The notes below the pieces were generated by a model. That model had not been told where the DNA came from and searched no databases. It saw only the letters and a list, made by a program, of their open reading frames with translations. Shown piece after piece: positions 19,114-28,235 of a stretch of 49,384 nt of DNA. Location of the stretch: contig CANTEM010000001.1 in the NCBI GenBank assembly GCA_947652805.1, positions 1 to 49,384 on the forward strand, in the 5' to 3' direction. The translations under genes were made by a program, and so were the position numbers. Position 1 is the stretch's first letter. Every line of letters starts with the position of its first letter. This DNA is from an uncultured Clostridia bacterium. Lineage in GTDB: Bacteria > Bacillota > Clostridia > Oscillospirales > CAG-272.

Positions 19114-20359
19114 TATTTTTGAAAAAGTAAAAAATCTGTGCGGTGAGGCGAAGGCTGCGGCGCCGACATTGGCGCGCGCCAGCGGAGCGGTTAGAAACAG
19201 TGTGCTCACTGCCTTTGCAGCATTGCTGCGAAAAGAGCAGGAGGCAATCCTCGCCGCAAACGCAGCGGATATGGAAGCAGCCCGGGAAAGTGGGTTGTCC
19301 GCCGCTATGATGGATCGGCTGCTGCTCACCCCTGCGCGTCTGGAGGAAATCGCCTGCGCTATGGAAGCGCTGGTGATGCAGGAGGATCCTATCGGATTGG
19401 GCTCGGTGCAGTCCCGTCCCAACGGCATGGAAATCAAGCATATTCGCGTCCCCCTTGGGGTCGTCGGTGTGATTTTTGAATCCCGCCCCAACGTAAGCGC
19501 CGATATTGCCGGGCTGTGTATCAAAAGCGGAAACGCCGCAGTACTGCGGGGCGGTAAGGAAGCCATTCGCTCCAACACTGCCATTGTCCGGGTGGCAGGG
19601 GACGCCCTGGAATTTTGCGGTCTGCCCCGGGCATGTGTGTCCCTGATTCCCTTTACAGACCGCGCCGGCGCACAGGCGCTTATGGAAATGCGGGGACTTG
19701 TTGATGTATTGATTCCCCGGGGCGGCAAGGGGTTGATTCAGAATGTGGTGGAAAACGCCAAGGTTCCCGTAATTGAAACGGGAGCGGGAAACTGTCATTT
19801 GTATATCCACCGGGACGCAGACCCGGACATGGCGGTGTCCATTGCGGTGAATGCGAAAACCTCCCGCCCCTCCGTATGCAACGCTATAGAAACAATTCTG
19901 GTGCATAGAGACGCTGCCGCAGATCTGCTTCCCCGGCTCCGGCAGGCGTTGGAGGAGCGGGGCGTGGAATTGCGGGGCTGTCCGGAGACGGTAAGGCTGA
20001 TACATGTAAATCCTGCGGATGAGGCAGACTGGGCGACGGAATATGATGATCTGATTGCAGCGGTCAAGGTGGTGGAATCCATTGAAGAAGCGGTAGACCA
20101 CATCAACCGGTACAGCACCAATCATAGTGAAGCTATCGTTACAAAGGATATGGACGCTGCATCCTATTTCACCGGCGCGGTGGAGTCTGCCTGCGTATAT
20201 GTAAACGTGTCTACCCGGTTTACGGACGGGGGATGTTTCGGATTGGGAGCGGAGGTTGGCATCGCCACCCAGAAGCTCCATGCAAGAGGACCCCTGGGAC
20301 TGAGCGCCCTGACCACGGAAAAGTACATTATCAGTGGAACCGGACAGATCCGGGAGTAA
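19106..20359 (+). CDS. proA: Gamma-glutamyl phosphate reductase
   Basis: The ATG at 19106 overlaps the proB stop by 8 nt. 417 aa with the aldehyde dehydrogenase-type catalytic Cys region (RPSVCNAIETILVH) and NRYSTNHSEAIVT. The longer ORF-track start (18926) lies inside proB. Confidence 0.95.
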   Translation: MHDIFEKVKNLCGEAKAAAPTLARASGAVRNSVLTAFAALLRKEQEAILAANAADMEAARESGLSAAMMDRLLLTPARLEEIACAMEALVMQEDPIGLGSVQSRPNGMEIKHIRVPLGVVGVIFESRPNVSADIAGLCIKSGNAAVLRGGKEAIRSNTAIVRVAGDALEFCGLPRACVSLIPFTDRAGAQALMEMRGLVDVLIPRGGKGLIQNVVENAKVPVIETGAGNCHLYIHRDADPDMAVSIAVNAKTSRPSVCNAIETILVHRDAAADLLPRLRQALEERGVELRGCPETVRLIHVNPADEADWATEYDDLIAAVKVVESIEEAVDHINRYSTNHSEAIVTKDMDAASYFTGAVESACVYVNVSTRFTDGGCFGLGAEVGIATQKLHARGPLGLSALTTEKYIISGTGQIRE

Positions 20360-20368
20360 AGGGAAGAA

Positions 20369-20662
20369 GGCTCCCCCCAGCAAAGCACCACCAAACTATA
20401 TCAGCTCCCCAGCAATTTTAATCAATATAAAAAGGCTCCCGTGTGAGGATCCACTGCGTGGCTCCATAGGGAGCTGTCGCGATAGCGACTGAGGGATTGT
20501 CCTTCTATCGTTTTGGATAATCTGCAAATCAGCAGTCTCCCAAAACAATCCCTCCGTCACGGCAAAGCCGTGCCACCTCCCTTTGCACAAGGGAGGCATA
20601 GGTGCGTAGTTTGTCGCGACAGTTCCCTAGGATCAAGCGGCTCCAGCACAAGGGAGCCTTAT
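20369..20662. repeat. Composite repeat block including full copy 2 of the nested palindrome
   Basis: Modules in order: GGCTCCCCCCAGCAAAG (20369-20385); CCCCAGCAATTTTAATCAATATAAAAAGGCTCCC (20407-20440); a left arm interrupted by an insertion; sub-hairpin GTCGC-GATA-GCGAC; inner arms at 20491-20500 and 20545-20554; core at 20501-20544; sub-hairpin CACGGC-AAA-GCCGTG; right arm CCTCCCTTTGCACAAGGGAGGC; and an extra solo arm CACAAGGGAGCCTTA at about 20647-20661. Confidence 0.85.
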
Positions 20663-20702
20663 ATAATCTGCACAAACTTACATTGAAAGGACAGGTATAA
20701 AC

Positions 20703-21533
20703 ATGAAGCTTGGAATCATCAACGGCTGGAACGAAGAAGGGTTCCGGTACGTAAAGGAAAAAGGGCTGGACGCAATTGAATTTTGCGTGAATTACTACAG
20801 CGACAGCAAGGCATTTTTGGAAAAAGCGCCGGAGGTGGCACAGCTCAGCAAAAAGTACGGCATTCCCGTAGGCTCCACCGGACGCTGGGGCGCGACCCGG
20901 TTGGACGAGGAAGGCAACATCATTGAAAAAATGCTGCGGGAGGATATGGATATCATTGAAGCAGCGTCTATCATAGGCTGCCCGGTGTTCAACTGCGGCT
21001 GCAATCGGGTGGAAGCTCTGTCCTACTACGACAATTGCCAGCGCGCGATTGAGTATTTCGGAAAACTGTTGGATTTTGCACGGCCCCTGGGTGTGAAAAT
21101 CGCTGTGTATAACTGCGGCTGGAACAATTTTGTATATGACGACAAGGCATGGGAAATCGTGCTGGGCGCCCTGCCGGAGCTTGGCATCAAATATGATGTG
21201 TCCCACTGCTTTGCCCACGGCGGCGACCGCAACTACCTGCGGGAACTGCGGGACTGGGGACATAAAATTCTGCATTTCCATATCAAAGGCTCTTTGTACA
21301 TAGACGGCGAGCGGTATGACGATCCCCCGGCAGGACTGGATCAGACAAACTGGGGGGCTGTCATGGATATGCTGTATACCAAGGGATATGACGGCATGCT
21401 GTCTATCGAACCCCATTCGGAATACTGGAAAGAGGAAAAAGGCTCCTGGGGCGTGGATTTCACCATTCAGTATATCCGTCCCTATGTGATGCCGGACGGG
21501 TACACCTCCAATGAAACCCCCTATTTCCCGTAA
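20703..21533 (+). CDS. Sugar phosphate isomerase/epimerase (xylose isomerase-like TIM barrel, AP endonuclease 2 family)
   Basis: 276 aa with alternating beta/alpha pattern and metal-ligand context (HFHIKG, SIEPHSE) typical of the family. Substrate unknown. Confidence 0.8.
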   Translation: MKLGIINGWNEEGFRYVKEKGLDAIEFCVNYYSDSKAFLEKAPEVAQLSKKYGIPVGSTGRWGATRLDEEGNIIEKMLREDMDIIEAASIIGCPVFNCGCNRVEALSYYDNCQRAIEYFGKLLDFARPLGVKIAVYNCGWNNFVYDDKAWEIVLGALPELGIKYDVSHCFAHGGDRNYLRELRDWGHKILHFHIKGSLYIDGERYDDPPAGLDQTNWGAVMDMLYTKGYDGMLSIEPHSEYWKEEKGSWGVDFTIQYIRPYVMPDGYTSNETPYFP

Positions 21534-21622
21534 TATGGTAAGTGTAAAAAATGACCGATTCTCTTGCATTAAAGAGGAAAATGTGGTATCCTAATACAAA
21601 GAAGCGGTAGAATAATCATGCA

Positions 21623-21660
21623 GACAGCCGGAGTTTTCTCCGGCTGTCGCGGTTTGTGTT
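21623..21660 (+). terminator. Stem-loop downstream of the TIM-barrel gene
   Basis: GACAGCCGGAG-TTTT-CTCCGGCTGTC, a perfect 11-bp stem, followed by GCGGTTTGTGTTT (T-rich but not a clean U-run). Confidence 0.5.
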
Positions 21661-21678
21661 TGAGAGGGGCGGAGCAGC

Positions 21679-22251
21679 GTGCCGATTTTTGAATATGAGA
21701 CAGAGGAAAAGGAACCCTGTGAGGGGCTTGCTGTAATTATAGAAGTGGAAAGTCATCAGCGGGACATAGGTGGTGAAAGTCTGTTCAGCGGCGACACGGA
21801 AGCCTGTGATTGCGGTGACATGGAGGAAGAAGCCACCCCCTACGGGCAGGACGGCGGCGTGTATACCCTTGTCAGTGAGGGGACGCTGTCCGTTCAGGAT
21901 GGGTTGATGCAGCTGACCTATGTGGAAACGATCGGGGAAGAGGAAGACGCCGCACCTACAAAGGTGTGTATTGCTTTTCCAAAGGAAAGCGGCAGTCATG
22001 TTACAGTCAGCCGCAGCGGAGATATGAATACTGTTTTTTCAGTAGAACCTGGTGTACGGCAGTACAGCACCTACGAAACGCCTTTCGGGCAGGTGGATCT
22101 CTGTGTGATTGGGAAGAAAGTCGAGAATCATATTGGAGAAACCGGCGGTACCCTGCGGTTGGAATATGCAGTGGAGCTGCGGGGAATGACCACCCAGCGT
22201 ACAAAAATGATGATTCGTGTGCGTCCTGAAAATAGGGAAACACAATCGTAG
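21679..22251 (+). CDS. DUF1934 (YwiB-like) beta-barrel protein, acidic N-terminal half
   Basis: 190 aa, GTG start. Pattern LTYVE...V.I...G....V.R.G......F..G....YETPFG...L......L.......GG.L.L.Y.L resembles DUF1934. Assigned from memory of the family profile, not verified. Confidence 0.5.
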   Translation: MPIFEYETEEKEPCEGLAVIIEVESHQRDIGGESLFSGDTEACDCGDMEEEATPYGQDGGVYTLVSEGTLSVQDGLMQLTYVETIGEEEDAAPTKVCIAFPKESGSHVTVSRSGDMNTVFSVEPGVRQYSTYETPFGQVDLCVIGKKVENHIGETGGTLRLEYAVELRGMTTQRTKMMIRVRPENRETQS

Positions 22252-22277
22252 AAAGGCTCCCTTGTGTAAAGTGGGAG
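22252..22277. repeat. Solo repeat arm hairpin between DUF1934 and holA
   Basis: AAAGGCTCCCTTGTGTAAAGTGGGAG, the same arm motif as the full copies, placed directly after the stop codon. Confidence 0.7.
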
Positions 22278-22287
22278 AAAGCGTAGT

Positions 22288-23343
22288 ATGATGACAGAAG
22301 CAGCATTCCGCAAGGAAATGAAAACCGGGCTTGCCGGTGTATATTTGTTTTACGGTGAAGAAGATTATTTAAAGCGGTTTTATGCCGGGCGCGCCCAGTC
22401 TCTGACCCTGTCCGATGATGAAACCCTCGCCGCTTTCAACACATACAGCATGGGCGCAGACGCTCCCGATTTGGAGGATTTGCAGGAGGCTGTGCTGGCG
22501 CTTCCTGTCATGGGGGACAAGGTATTTATTCAGTATATGGCAAATTTAAACACCCTTGGCGCGCAGGGGCAAAAACAGCTTATGGAGATCCTTGCGGCGG
22601 TGGATCCGGACAGTACCGTGTGCCTGCTTACCCCCCCTGCCGGGGGATTCGATCCGGGCAAGCCGGAACGGGGCAAGCCCTCTCCCCTGTATAAAAAACT
22701 GGAAACCGTTTGTACAATGGTGAATATGGCAGCCTATCCGCCGGGTGAGCTGAAAAAATGGATGGCGCGCCGGCTGGAACGGGCAGGCGTTTCCATAACA
22801 GAGCAGGCAGCTAACGCAATGCTCCAGCGGTGCGGAAAGAATATGTATGTGCTGTCCGGGGAGTTGGACAAGCTTGCCGCATATGCCGGGGCAAACGGAA
22901 TCCGTGCATTGGAGCAGTCTCATGTGGATTTCGTCACCTGCGCTGTGGAAGAAGAGGATGCCTTCGCCCTTGCAAACGCTGTTTTGGCGGGAGACCGGGG
23001 ACGGGCGCTTGCCGTTTTGTCTTATTATAAGAAAAACCAAATCAGTGCCGTTGCCGCGCTGGCGTCTGTATCGAAAGCTATTTGCGATATGCTGACGGTC
23101 AGCCGTCTTGCCGCTGCGGGACAGGATCAGGCGGCAGTCGCGTCCGCAATGAAAATGCATCCCTATCGGGCAGGACTGTATCTTTCCGCTGTGCGGGGTA
23201 TGGAGCCGGCGCGCCTTGCCGCCGCCGCAGGACGGTGCAGGGAAGCGGATGTGCTTCTCAAAAGTACAAAGCTGGATTATATTGCTCTGGAACGGGTGAT
23301 TTGCACGATTCCTTCCAAGAAAGGGAGTGTGCGTCGTGGATAA
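22288..23343 (+). CDS. holA: DNA polymerase III delta subunit
   Basis: 351 aa. N-terminal VYLFYGEEDYLKR motif and helical C-terminal domains typical of HolA. Confidence 0.85.
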   Translation: MMTEAAFRKEMKTGLAGVYLFYGEEDYLKRFYAGRAQSLTLSDDETLAAFNTYSMGADAPDLEDLQEAVLALPVMGDKVFIQYMANLNTLGAQGQKQLMEILAAVDPDSTVCLLTPPAGGFDPGKPERGKPSPLYKKLETVCTMVNMAAYPPGELKKWMARRLERAGVSITEQAANAMLQRCGKNMYVLSGELDKLAAYAGANGIRALEQSHVDFVTCAVEEEDAFALANAVLAGDRGRALAVLSYYKKNQISAVAALASVSKAICDMLTVSRLAAAGQDQAAVASAMKMHPYRAGLYLSAVRGMEPARLAAAAGRCREADVLLKSTKLDYIALERVICTIPSKKGSVRRG

Positions 23344-23929
23344 AATTCCGATTTCCATGCCGGTCGTGGTAGAGGGAAAATATGATCGAATTAAGCTGTC
23401 CTCCATTATTGACGCGACGATCCTTACAACGGACGGATTTGCTGTTTTTAATAACCGGGAAAAGCGGGCGCTGCTGCGCGCCCTGTCCAAAAATGGAATT
23501 ATCATACTTACAGACAGTGACGGCGCCGGCGGGTTAATCCGCTCCCATATTCAGTCCATTACAGAGCCGGATAAAATATACAATTTATATATTCCGCAGA
23601 TTGCCGGAAAAGAAAAACGGAAGAAAGCTCCTTCCAAGGCAGGAACCCTCGGCGTCGAAGGAATGGACGCGGCACTGCTGCGGGAGATGTTTGAGAAGTT
23701 TGCAGACCGACATGCAGCTCTGGAAAAACCGCGCGATCCTATTACCAAAGCAGATTTTTTCGTGGACGGACTGACAGGCAGGGAAGGCAGTACAGCGCGC
23801 AGAAATCAGTTGTGTATGCAGCTGTCTCTTCCCCAGGATATGACGCCTACGGCATTGCTTGCAGCCGTCAATCTTCTGATGAGCCGGGAAGAATATCAGG
23901 CGGCGGTAGCGCGCCTGCCGGAAGGATAA
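23327..23929 (+). CDS. Toprim domain protein (RNase M5-like / DUF4093-type)
   Basis: VVVEGKYD ... IIILTDSDGAGGLIR matches the Toprim E...DxD arrangement seen in RNase M5. GTG starts are possible at 23327 or 23336, and the gene overlaps the holA stop. Confidence 0.6.
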   Translation: MCVVDKIPISMPVVVEGKYDRIKLSSIIDATILTTDGFAVFNNREKRALLRALSKNGIIILTDSDGAGGLIRSHIQSITEPDKIYNLYIPQIAGKEKRKKAPSKAGTLGVEGMDAALLREMFEKFADRHAALEKPRDPITKADFFVDGLTGREGSTARRNQLCMQLSLPQDMTPTALLAAVNLLMSREEYQAAVARLPEG

Positions 23930-23984
23930 ATTTACAGACTCCCGGGGAAGCTAACGAAAGAATATAAAAAAGGAGCAGAATCAT

Positions 23985-24422
23985 TTGATGAAGCGGCTTT
24001 TATTGAAATATCAGCATCTTCTGATGTACACTTTGTTCGGCGGGCTGACGACGGCCGTAGATTTGATTGTATACTATATTCTATATAATTTATTTGCCGT
24101 TCATTATTTAGCTGCACAGACAGTCAGCTGGGTGGTTGCGGTTTTGTTTGCATATTTTACGAATAAACGGTATGTGTTTGCAAGTAAAGCCCGGGGCCGG
24201 GCAATGCTTGTGGAAATGATCAAGTTTGTTTCCGGACGATTGTTCTCTTTTGGTGTGCAAACTGTATGTCTTGCTCTCCTTGTGGAAGTTGCCCATTGGG
24301 GCGAAAACATCGTGCGTCTGCCGGTACTGGTGATTGTTACGATTCTCAATTACGTTGTCAGCCGGGTGCTTGTGTTTGACCGGCAGCGGGACGCAGAACC
24401 TAAGGAAGCGGCGCGCCGTTAG
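23985..24422 (+). CDS. GtrA family membrane protein
   Basis: 145 aa, four TM helices, with an N-terminal FGGLTTAVDLIVYYILY pattern typical of GtrA-like proteins. The ATG at 23988 is an alternative start. Confidence 0.8.
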   Translation: MMKRLLLKYQHLLMYTLFGGLTTAVDLIVYYILYNLFAVHYLAAQTVSWVVAVLFAYFTNKRYVFASKARGRAMLVEMIKFVSGRLFSFGVQTVCLALLVEVAHWGENIVRLPVLVIVTILNYVVSRVLVFDRQRDAEPKEAARR

Positions 24423-24458
24423 GCTTTCCAGTTGGAGCTGTTGCATAGCACCTTATTA

Positions 24459-24548
24459 GCCTCCCCCCAGCAAAGGGGCATGGCGTAGGCATCCACCAAA
24501 CGCAAAGGCTCCCTTGTGTTGGAGCTGCGAAGCAGCTGCGCGGGAGTC
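24459..24548. repeat. Partial repeat block (left-half modules) between gtrA-like gene and ygiQ-like gene
   Basis: GCCTCCCCCCAGCAAAG (24459-24475), CCACCAAAC, the arm AAAGGCTCCCTTGTGTTGGAGC, then sub-hairpin GCTGC-GAA-GCAGC. Confidence 0.7.
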
Positions 24549-24591
24549 CTATTTCATCAATGATACAATCCACAGAAAGGCATGGTCTATA

Positions 24592-26466
24592 ATGGAAAGA
24601 AAATTTTTGCCGGTAACGCCGGCGGAAGTGCGGGAGACCGGTCGGGACGTGCCCGATTTTGTATATGTGTGCGGGGACGCCTATGTGGATCATCCCTCTT
24701 TTGGCGCTGCGATCATCTGCCGGGTGCTGGAGGATGCGGGCTTTGTGGTAGCAATGCTCCCCCAGCCCGATTATAAAAGCTGTCAGGCAATGAAAACCTT
24801 TGGAAAGCCCCGACTGGGCTTTTTGGTATCCAGCGGGAATATTGATTCCATGGTGAGCCATTACACTGTATCAAAGAAAAAGCGCACCTATGATTATTAT
24901 TCTCCTGGCGGCAAGGCGGGGCTTCGTCCGGATCGGGCGGTGATCGTATACTGCAACCGGATCCGGGAAGCGTTCGGAGACGTTCCCATTATCATCGGCG
25001 GGCTGGAAGCATCCCTGCGTCGGTTTGCCCATTATGATTATTGGAACAACGCGGTGCGCCGGAGTATTTTGGTGGACAGCCGGGCAGATATCTTATCCTA
25101 CGGTATGGGCGAAAAATCCATACTCCGTATCGCCGAGCTTCTGGACAAGGGCGTTCCGGTGAAGAAAATCCGGGACGTGCGGGGTACGGCGTATCTGTGC
25201 AAAGCAAATGAAGAAATCCATTATCCCAAAGTGGAAGAGACCTTTGACTATGATCAGCTCAAAACGGACAAATCCGCTTATGCGAAGGCGTTCGCGATCC
25301 AGTATAAAAATAATGACGCCATAAGCGGGAAGGCGATCACGGAATATTACGGCGACCGGATGCTGGTTCAGAATCCGCCTATGCCTCCTCTGGAGCAGGA
25401 GGAATTGGATCATGTATATGCACTGCCCTATATGCGCGCTGTGCATCCTATGTATGATCAGGACGGCGGCGTTCCCGCCATTTCGGAGGTGAAATTTTCG
25501 ATTACCCATAACCGGGGCTGTTTTGGCGGATGCAATTTCTGCGCTCTTGCCTTTCATCAGGGACGCAGTGTACGCAGCAGAAGTATCGAAAGCGTCCGCC
25601 GGGAGGCGGAGCTGATTGCAGCTATGCCGGACTTCAAAGGATATATCCATGATGTGGGCGGACCCACGGCGAACTTCCGTCATCCTGCCTGCAAGCAGCA
25701 GCTGGAACGGGGCGTTTGTCAGGGGAAGCGCTGTCTGGTTCCCACCCCCTGCAAGCATTTGGACGCGGATCACAGCGAATACATAGAGCTGCTCCGGGCA
25801 GTAGAAGCGGTGCCCGGTGTAAAAAAGGTGTTTATCCGCAGCGGAATCCGATTTGATTATATGTTACAGGACAGCAGCGATGCATTTTTCAAAAAGCTTG
25901 TACAGGATCATGTAAGCGGACAGCTGAAGGTTGCGCCGGAGCACTGTACCTCCCACGTGCTGGGATGTATGGGAAAGCCGGATATCCGTGTGTACGACCG
26001 GTTCCGGGAGAAGTTTTTCCGTCTTACAAAGGAGGAGGGAAAGGAACAGTATCTGGTTCCGTATCTTATGTCCAGTCACCCCGGCAGCCGTTTGTCCGAT
26101 GCAGTGGAACTGGCGCTGTATATCAAGCGGATCGGACTGTCCCCCGAACAGGTGCAGGATTTTTATCCCACACCCGGAACCGCTTCCACAGTGATGTATT
26201 ATACGGGAATGGATCCTCTGACCGGCAAAAAGGTGTATACTGCAACAGATTATAAGGAAAAGCAGATGCAGCGGGCATTGCTTCAATATTGGAAGCCGGA
26301 AAACCGCCGTCTGGTCATGGAAGCCCTGCACCGGTGCGGGCGGGAGGACTTGATCGGATACGGTCCGGACTGTCTGATCCGTCCCAGCCGGAGCGGAAAT
26401 CAGAAACAATCTCAAAAGAATAGCAAAAAGCCCGACGGGCGCGTCCGTCGCAAAGGGAAACGGTAG
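24592..26466 (+). CDS. YgiQ family (UPF0313) radical SAM protein with Lys/Arg-rich C-terminal tail
   Basis: Starts [13 protein letters not shown].  Conserved [18 protein letters not shown]-terminal domain and radical SAM cluster motif CFGGCNFC. The C-terminus is [24 protein letters not shown]. The ATG at 24592 is preferred over the upstream ORF-track start, which lies inside the repeat. Confidence 0.9.
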   Translation: MERKFLPVTPAEVRETGRDVPDFVYVCGDAYVDHPSFGAAIICRVLEDAGFVVAMLPQPDYKSCQAMKTFGKPRLGFLVSSGNIDSMVSHYTVSKKKRTYDYYSPGGKAGLRPDRAVIVYCNRIREAFGDVPIIIGGLEASLRRFAHYDYWNNAVRRSILVDSRADILSYGMGEKSILRIAELLDKGVPVKKIRDVRGTAYLCKANEEIHYPKVEETFDYDQLKTDKSAYAKAFAIQYKNNDAISGKAITEYYGDRMLVQNPPMPPLEQEELDHVYALPYMRAVHPMYDQDGGVPAISEVKFSITHNRGCFGGCNFCALAFHQGRSVRSRSIESVRREAELIAAMPDFKGYIHDVGGPTANFRHPACKQQLERGVCQGKRCLVPTPCKHLDADHSEYIELLRAVEAVPGVKKVFIRSGIRFDYMLQDSSDAFFKKLVQDHVSGQLKVAPEHCTSHVLGCMGKPDIRVYDRFREKFFRLTKEEGKEQYLVPYLMSSHPGSRLSDAVELALYIKRIGLSPEQVQDFYPTPGTASTVMYYTGMDPLTGKKVYTATDYKEKQMQRALLQYWKPENRRLVMEALHRCGREDLIGYGPDCLIRPSRSGNQKQSQKNSKKPDGRVRRKGKR

Positions 26467-26477
26467 AGGGATCACGA

Positions 26478-26612
26478 AAGGGCTCCTTTGTGCTATTGCG
26501 CACCATTCTTTAAGCCTCCCTTGGGGGGATCTGCGGAGCTCAGACTGAATTAGGTCCCCTTGTGCAAATCGCCACAATTAAAAGCCTCCCTTTGCACAAG
26601 GGAGCCTTAAGA
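26478..26612. repeat. Degenerate repeat block between ygiQ-like gene and sfsA
   Basis: Four arm motifs: AGGGCTCCTTTGTGC, AAGCCTCCCTTGGGGGG, GGTCCCCTTGTGCAAA and the self-pairing AAAGCCTCCCTTTGCACAAGGGAGCCTTA. No inner arms or core. Confidence 0.7.
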
Positions 26613-26665
26613 TTTGGTGTAGTTTTCCTCTTATCACAACGATTCATCCGATCGGAGGCGTTCCC

Positions 26666-27355
26666 ATGGAATACAAAAATACAGTGCGCGGACGGTTCAT
26701 CGACCGTCCCAATCGGTTTATTGCTCATGTGGATGTTGGGGGCGAGAGGCTTGTATGCCACGTAAAAAATACCGGTCGCTGCCGGGAATTGCTTATCCCG
26801 GGAGCAGTCGTGGCGCTGTGTCCTGCCCAAAGTCCTGCACGGAAAACCGCATGGGATCTCATCGCAGTAGAAAAGGCGGGCAGATGGATCAACATAGATT
26901 CTCAGGCGCCGAATCTTGCCGCCGCTGCTTTTTTACCCACCCTTTTCCCAGGAGCAGAAATTCAACCGGAATATAAAATCGGGCAGTCCCGTTTGGACTT
27001 TTTCATAAAAACAGGGGAGGATTGCGTATATTTGGAAGTGAAAGGGGTGACATTAGAGGAAAATGGTGTTGTCCTGTTTCCCGATGCGCCTACCCAGCGT
27101 GGCACGAAGCATGTGCATACTTTAACCCGACTTGCACAGGAAGGGCACAGAGCGTGTATCCTTTTTGTGATCCAAATGAAAGATGTAGTATACTTCACGC
27201 CGAACCGGCGGACGGATCCGGATTTTGCAGCTGCGCTGGAGGAAGCTGTGGCAGCGGGGGTAGAGCTTTTGGCGATGGATTGCCGGGTTACAGATTGTTC
27301 GATGATCATTGACGCGCCTGTGGAAGTTCGTCTGTTTACCGACAAAGCTGAATAA
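26666..27355 (+). CDS. sfsA: Sugar fermentation stimulation protein SfsA (nuclease-fold DNA-binding protein)
   Basis: 229 aa. G(R)FIDRPNRFIAHV N-terminus, LEVKGVTL, GTKHVHTL motifs. GGAGG RBS at 26654-26658. Confidence 0.9.
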   Translation: MEYKNTVRGRFIDRPNRFIAHVDVGGERLVCHVKNTGRCRELLIPGAVVALCPAQSPARKTAWDLIAVEKAGRWINIDSQAPNLAAAAFLPTLFPGAEIQPEYKIGQSRLDFFIKTGEDCVYLEVKGVTLEENGVVLFPDAPTQRGTKHVHTLTRLAQEGHRACILFVIQMKDVVYFTPNRRTDPDFAAALEEAVAAGVELLAMDCRVTDCSMIIDAPVEVRLFTDKAE

Positions 27356-27388
27356 TAATAAAACAATCGTTTTGACCTTCTTACAAGC

Positions 27389-27420
27389 AGACAGCACCGG
27401 CTTTTTTGCCGGTGCTGTCT
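27389..27420. terminator. Bidirectional stem-loop between convergent sfsA and the 103-aa ORF
   Basis: AGACAGCACCGGC-TTTTTT-GCCGGTGCTGTCT, a perfect 13-bp stem. There is no clean U-run on either side, so terminator efficiency is uncertain. Confidence 0.6.
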
Positions 27421-27441
27421 GTGATATGAGTGGATTCAAAT

Positions 27442-27753
27442 TTATAGAGCAAACAGATCGCTGATTATATCCTGTGCGGTGCATGGCGTTACAGTTCCTC
27501 TGCTGATAATATCGAAGATATGTTCTGCTTCCGCCGGGTTTCTGGTAATATCCGGCAGATGACATTCTTCTGTACGGGTGCCGCCGCAATCTACCTTTGT
27601 AATGTTAAGAGAATACTTTGCGGTATGATGATATTTGTTTGGCGGGAGAGGATCTTCGGTCAGATGATACAAAAGGATAATATCACCTGCAACGCGCTTT
27701 GTTGCTGTGCGGGTTACTTTTTGCAGCCGGTGTTTAAGCAGTGTTTGTGTCAT
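27442..27753 (-). CDS. Small conserved-looking hypothetical protein (possibly DUF6514-like)
   Basis: 103 aa with a GGAAAGGA RBS upstream. The C-terminal ...AEHIFDIISRGTVTPCTAQDIISD resembles a small Clostridia-specific family, recalled from memory. No functional motif recognised. Confidence 0.45.
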   Translation of the reverse strand: MTQTLLKHRLQKVTRTATKRVAGDIILLYHLTEDPLPPNKYHHTAKYSLNITKVDCGGTRTEECHLPDITRNPAEAEHIFDIISRGTVTPCTAQDIISDLFAL

Positions 27754-28235
27754 TTCTGACCGTCCTTTCCTGGGATTTGAGAAAATTATAACAGTGGTTC
27801 GGATTTGAAGATTAAGGCAGTGTAAAAACCGTCGTGAAAATTATTGCTTATACTACAGCGTTCGACATGATACGACCCAGCAAAATAGCGGTAAAATCTG
27901 GGCTTTTGAAGGCTTTCCAAATTTTAGTGTGGTAAAGTGTTCATTTTTGACGAAGTAACAAAATTTCTATATGTTGTATAGATTACACAGTACAACTACT
28001 TCAAACCACAATTTATAGTGGTAAATATATTTTTATAAAAATTGCCGTTAGTTTTGGGAATGCAAATGGAATCACAGATAAAAATATTTAATTGGATATT
28101 CAAATTTAAAAAAATAATTATTCACAAAAACGACATAAAAATGTGAGAGGCGCGTAAATACGGGTAAAAATGCAATTTTCCGGTACGCCGCTTTCAAACT
28201 TTGGAAACAGCACATAGAAAGGCAGGAGTATACAA

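Noticed and set aside
27790-27860. tRNA-like T-arm string GGTTCGGATT in the AT-rich spacer.
   Set aside because: The surrounding sequence cannot be folded into a cloverleaf. There is no acceptor stem complement and no anticodon arm.
28066-28146. 26-aa cationic amphipathic sORF (MESQIKIFNWIFKFKKIIIHKNDIKM) in the AT-rich spacer, resembling a type I toxin or small membrane peptide.
   Set aside because: AT-rich DNA translates by default into Lys/Ile/Phe/Asn-rich peptides. It has only a marginal GGGAA RBS, no flanking antisense RNA features and no conservation evidence available.
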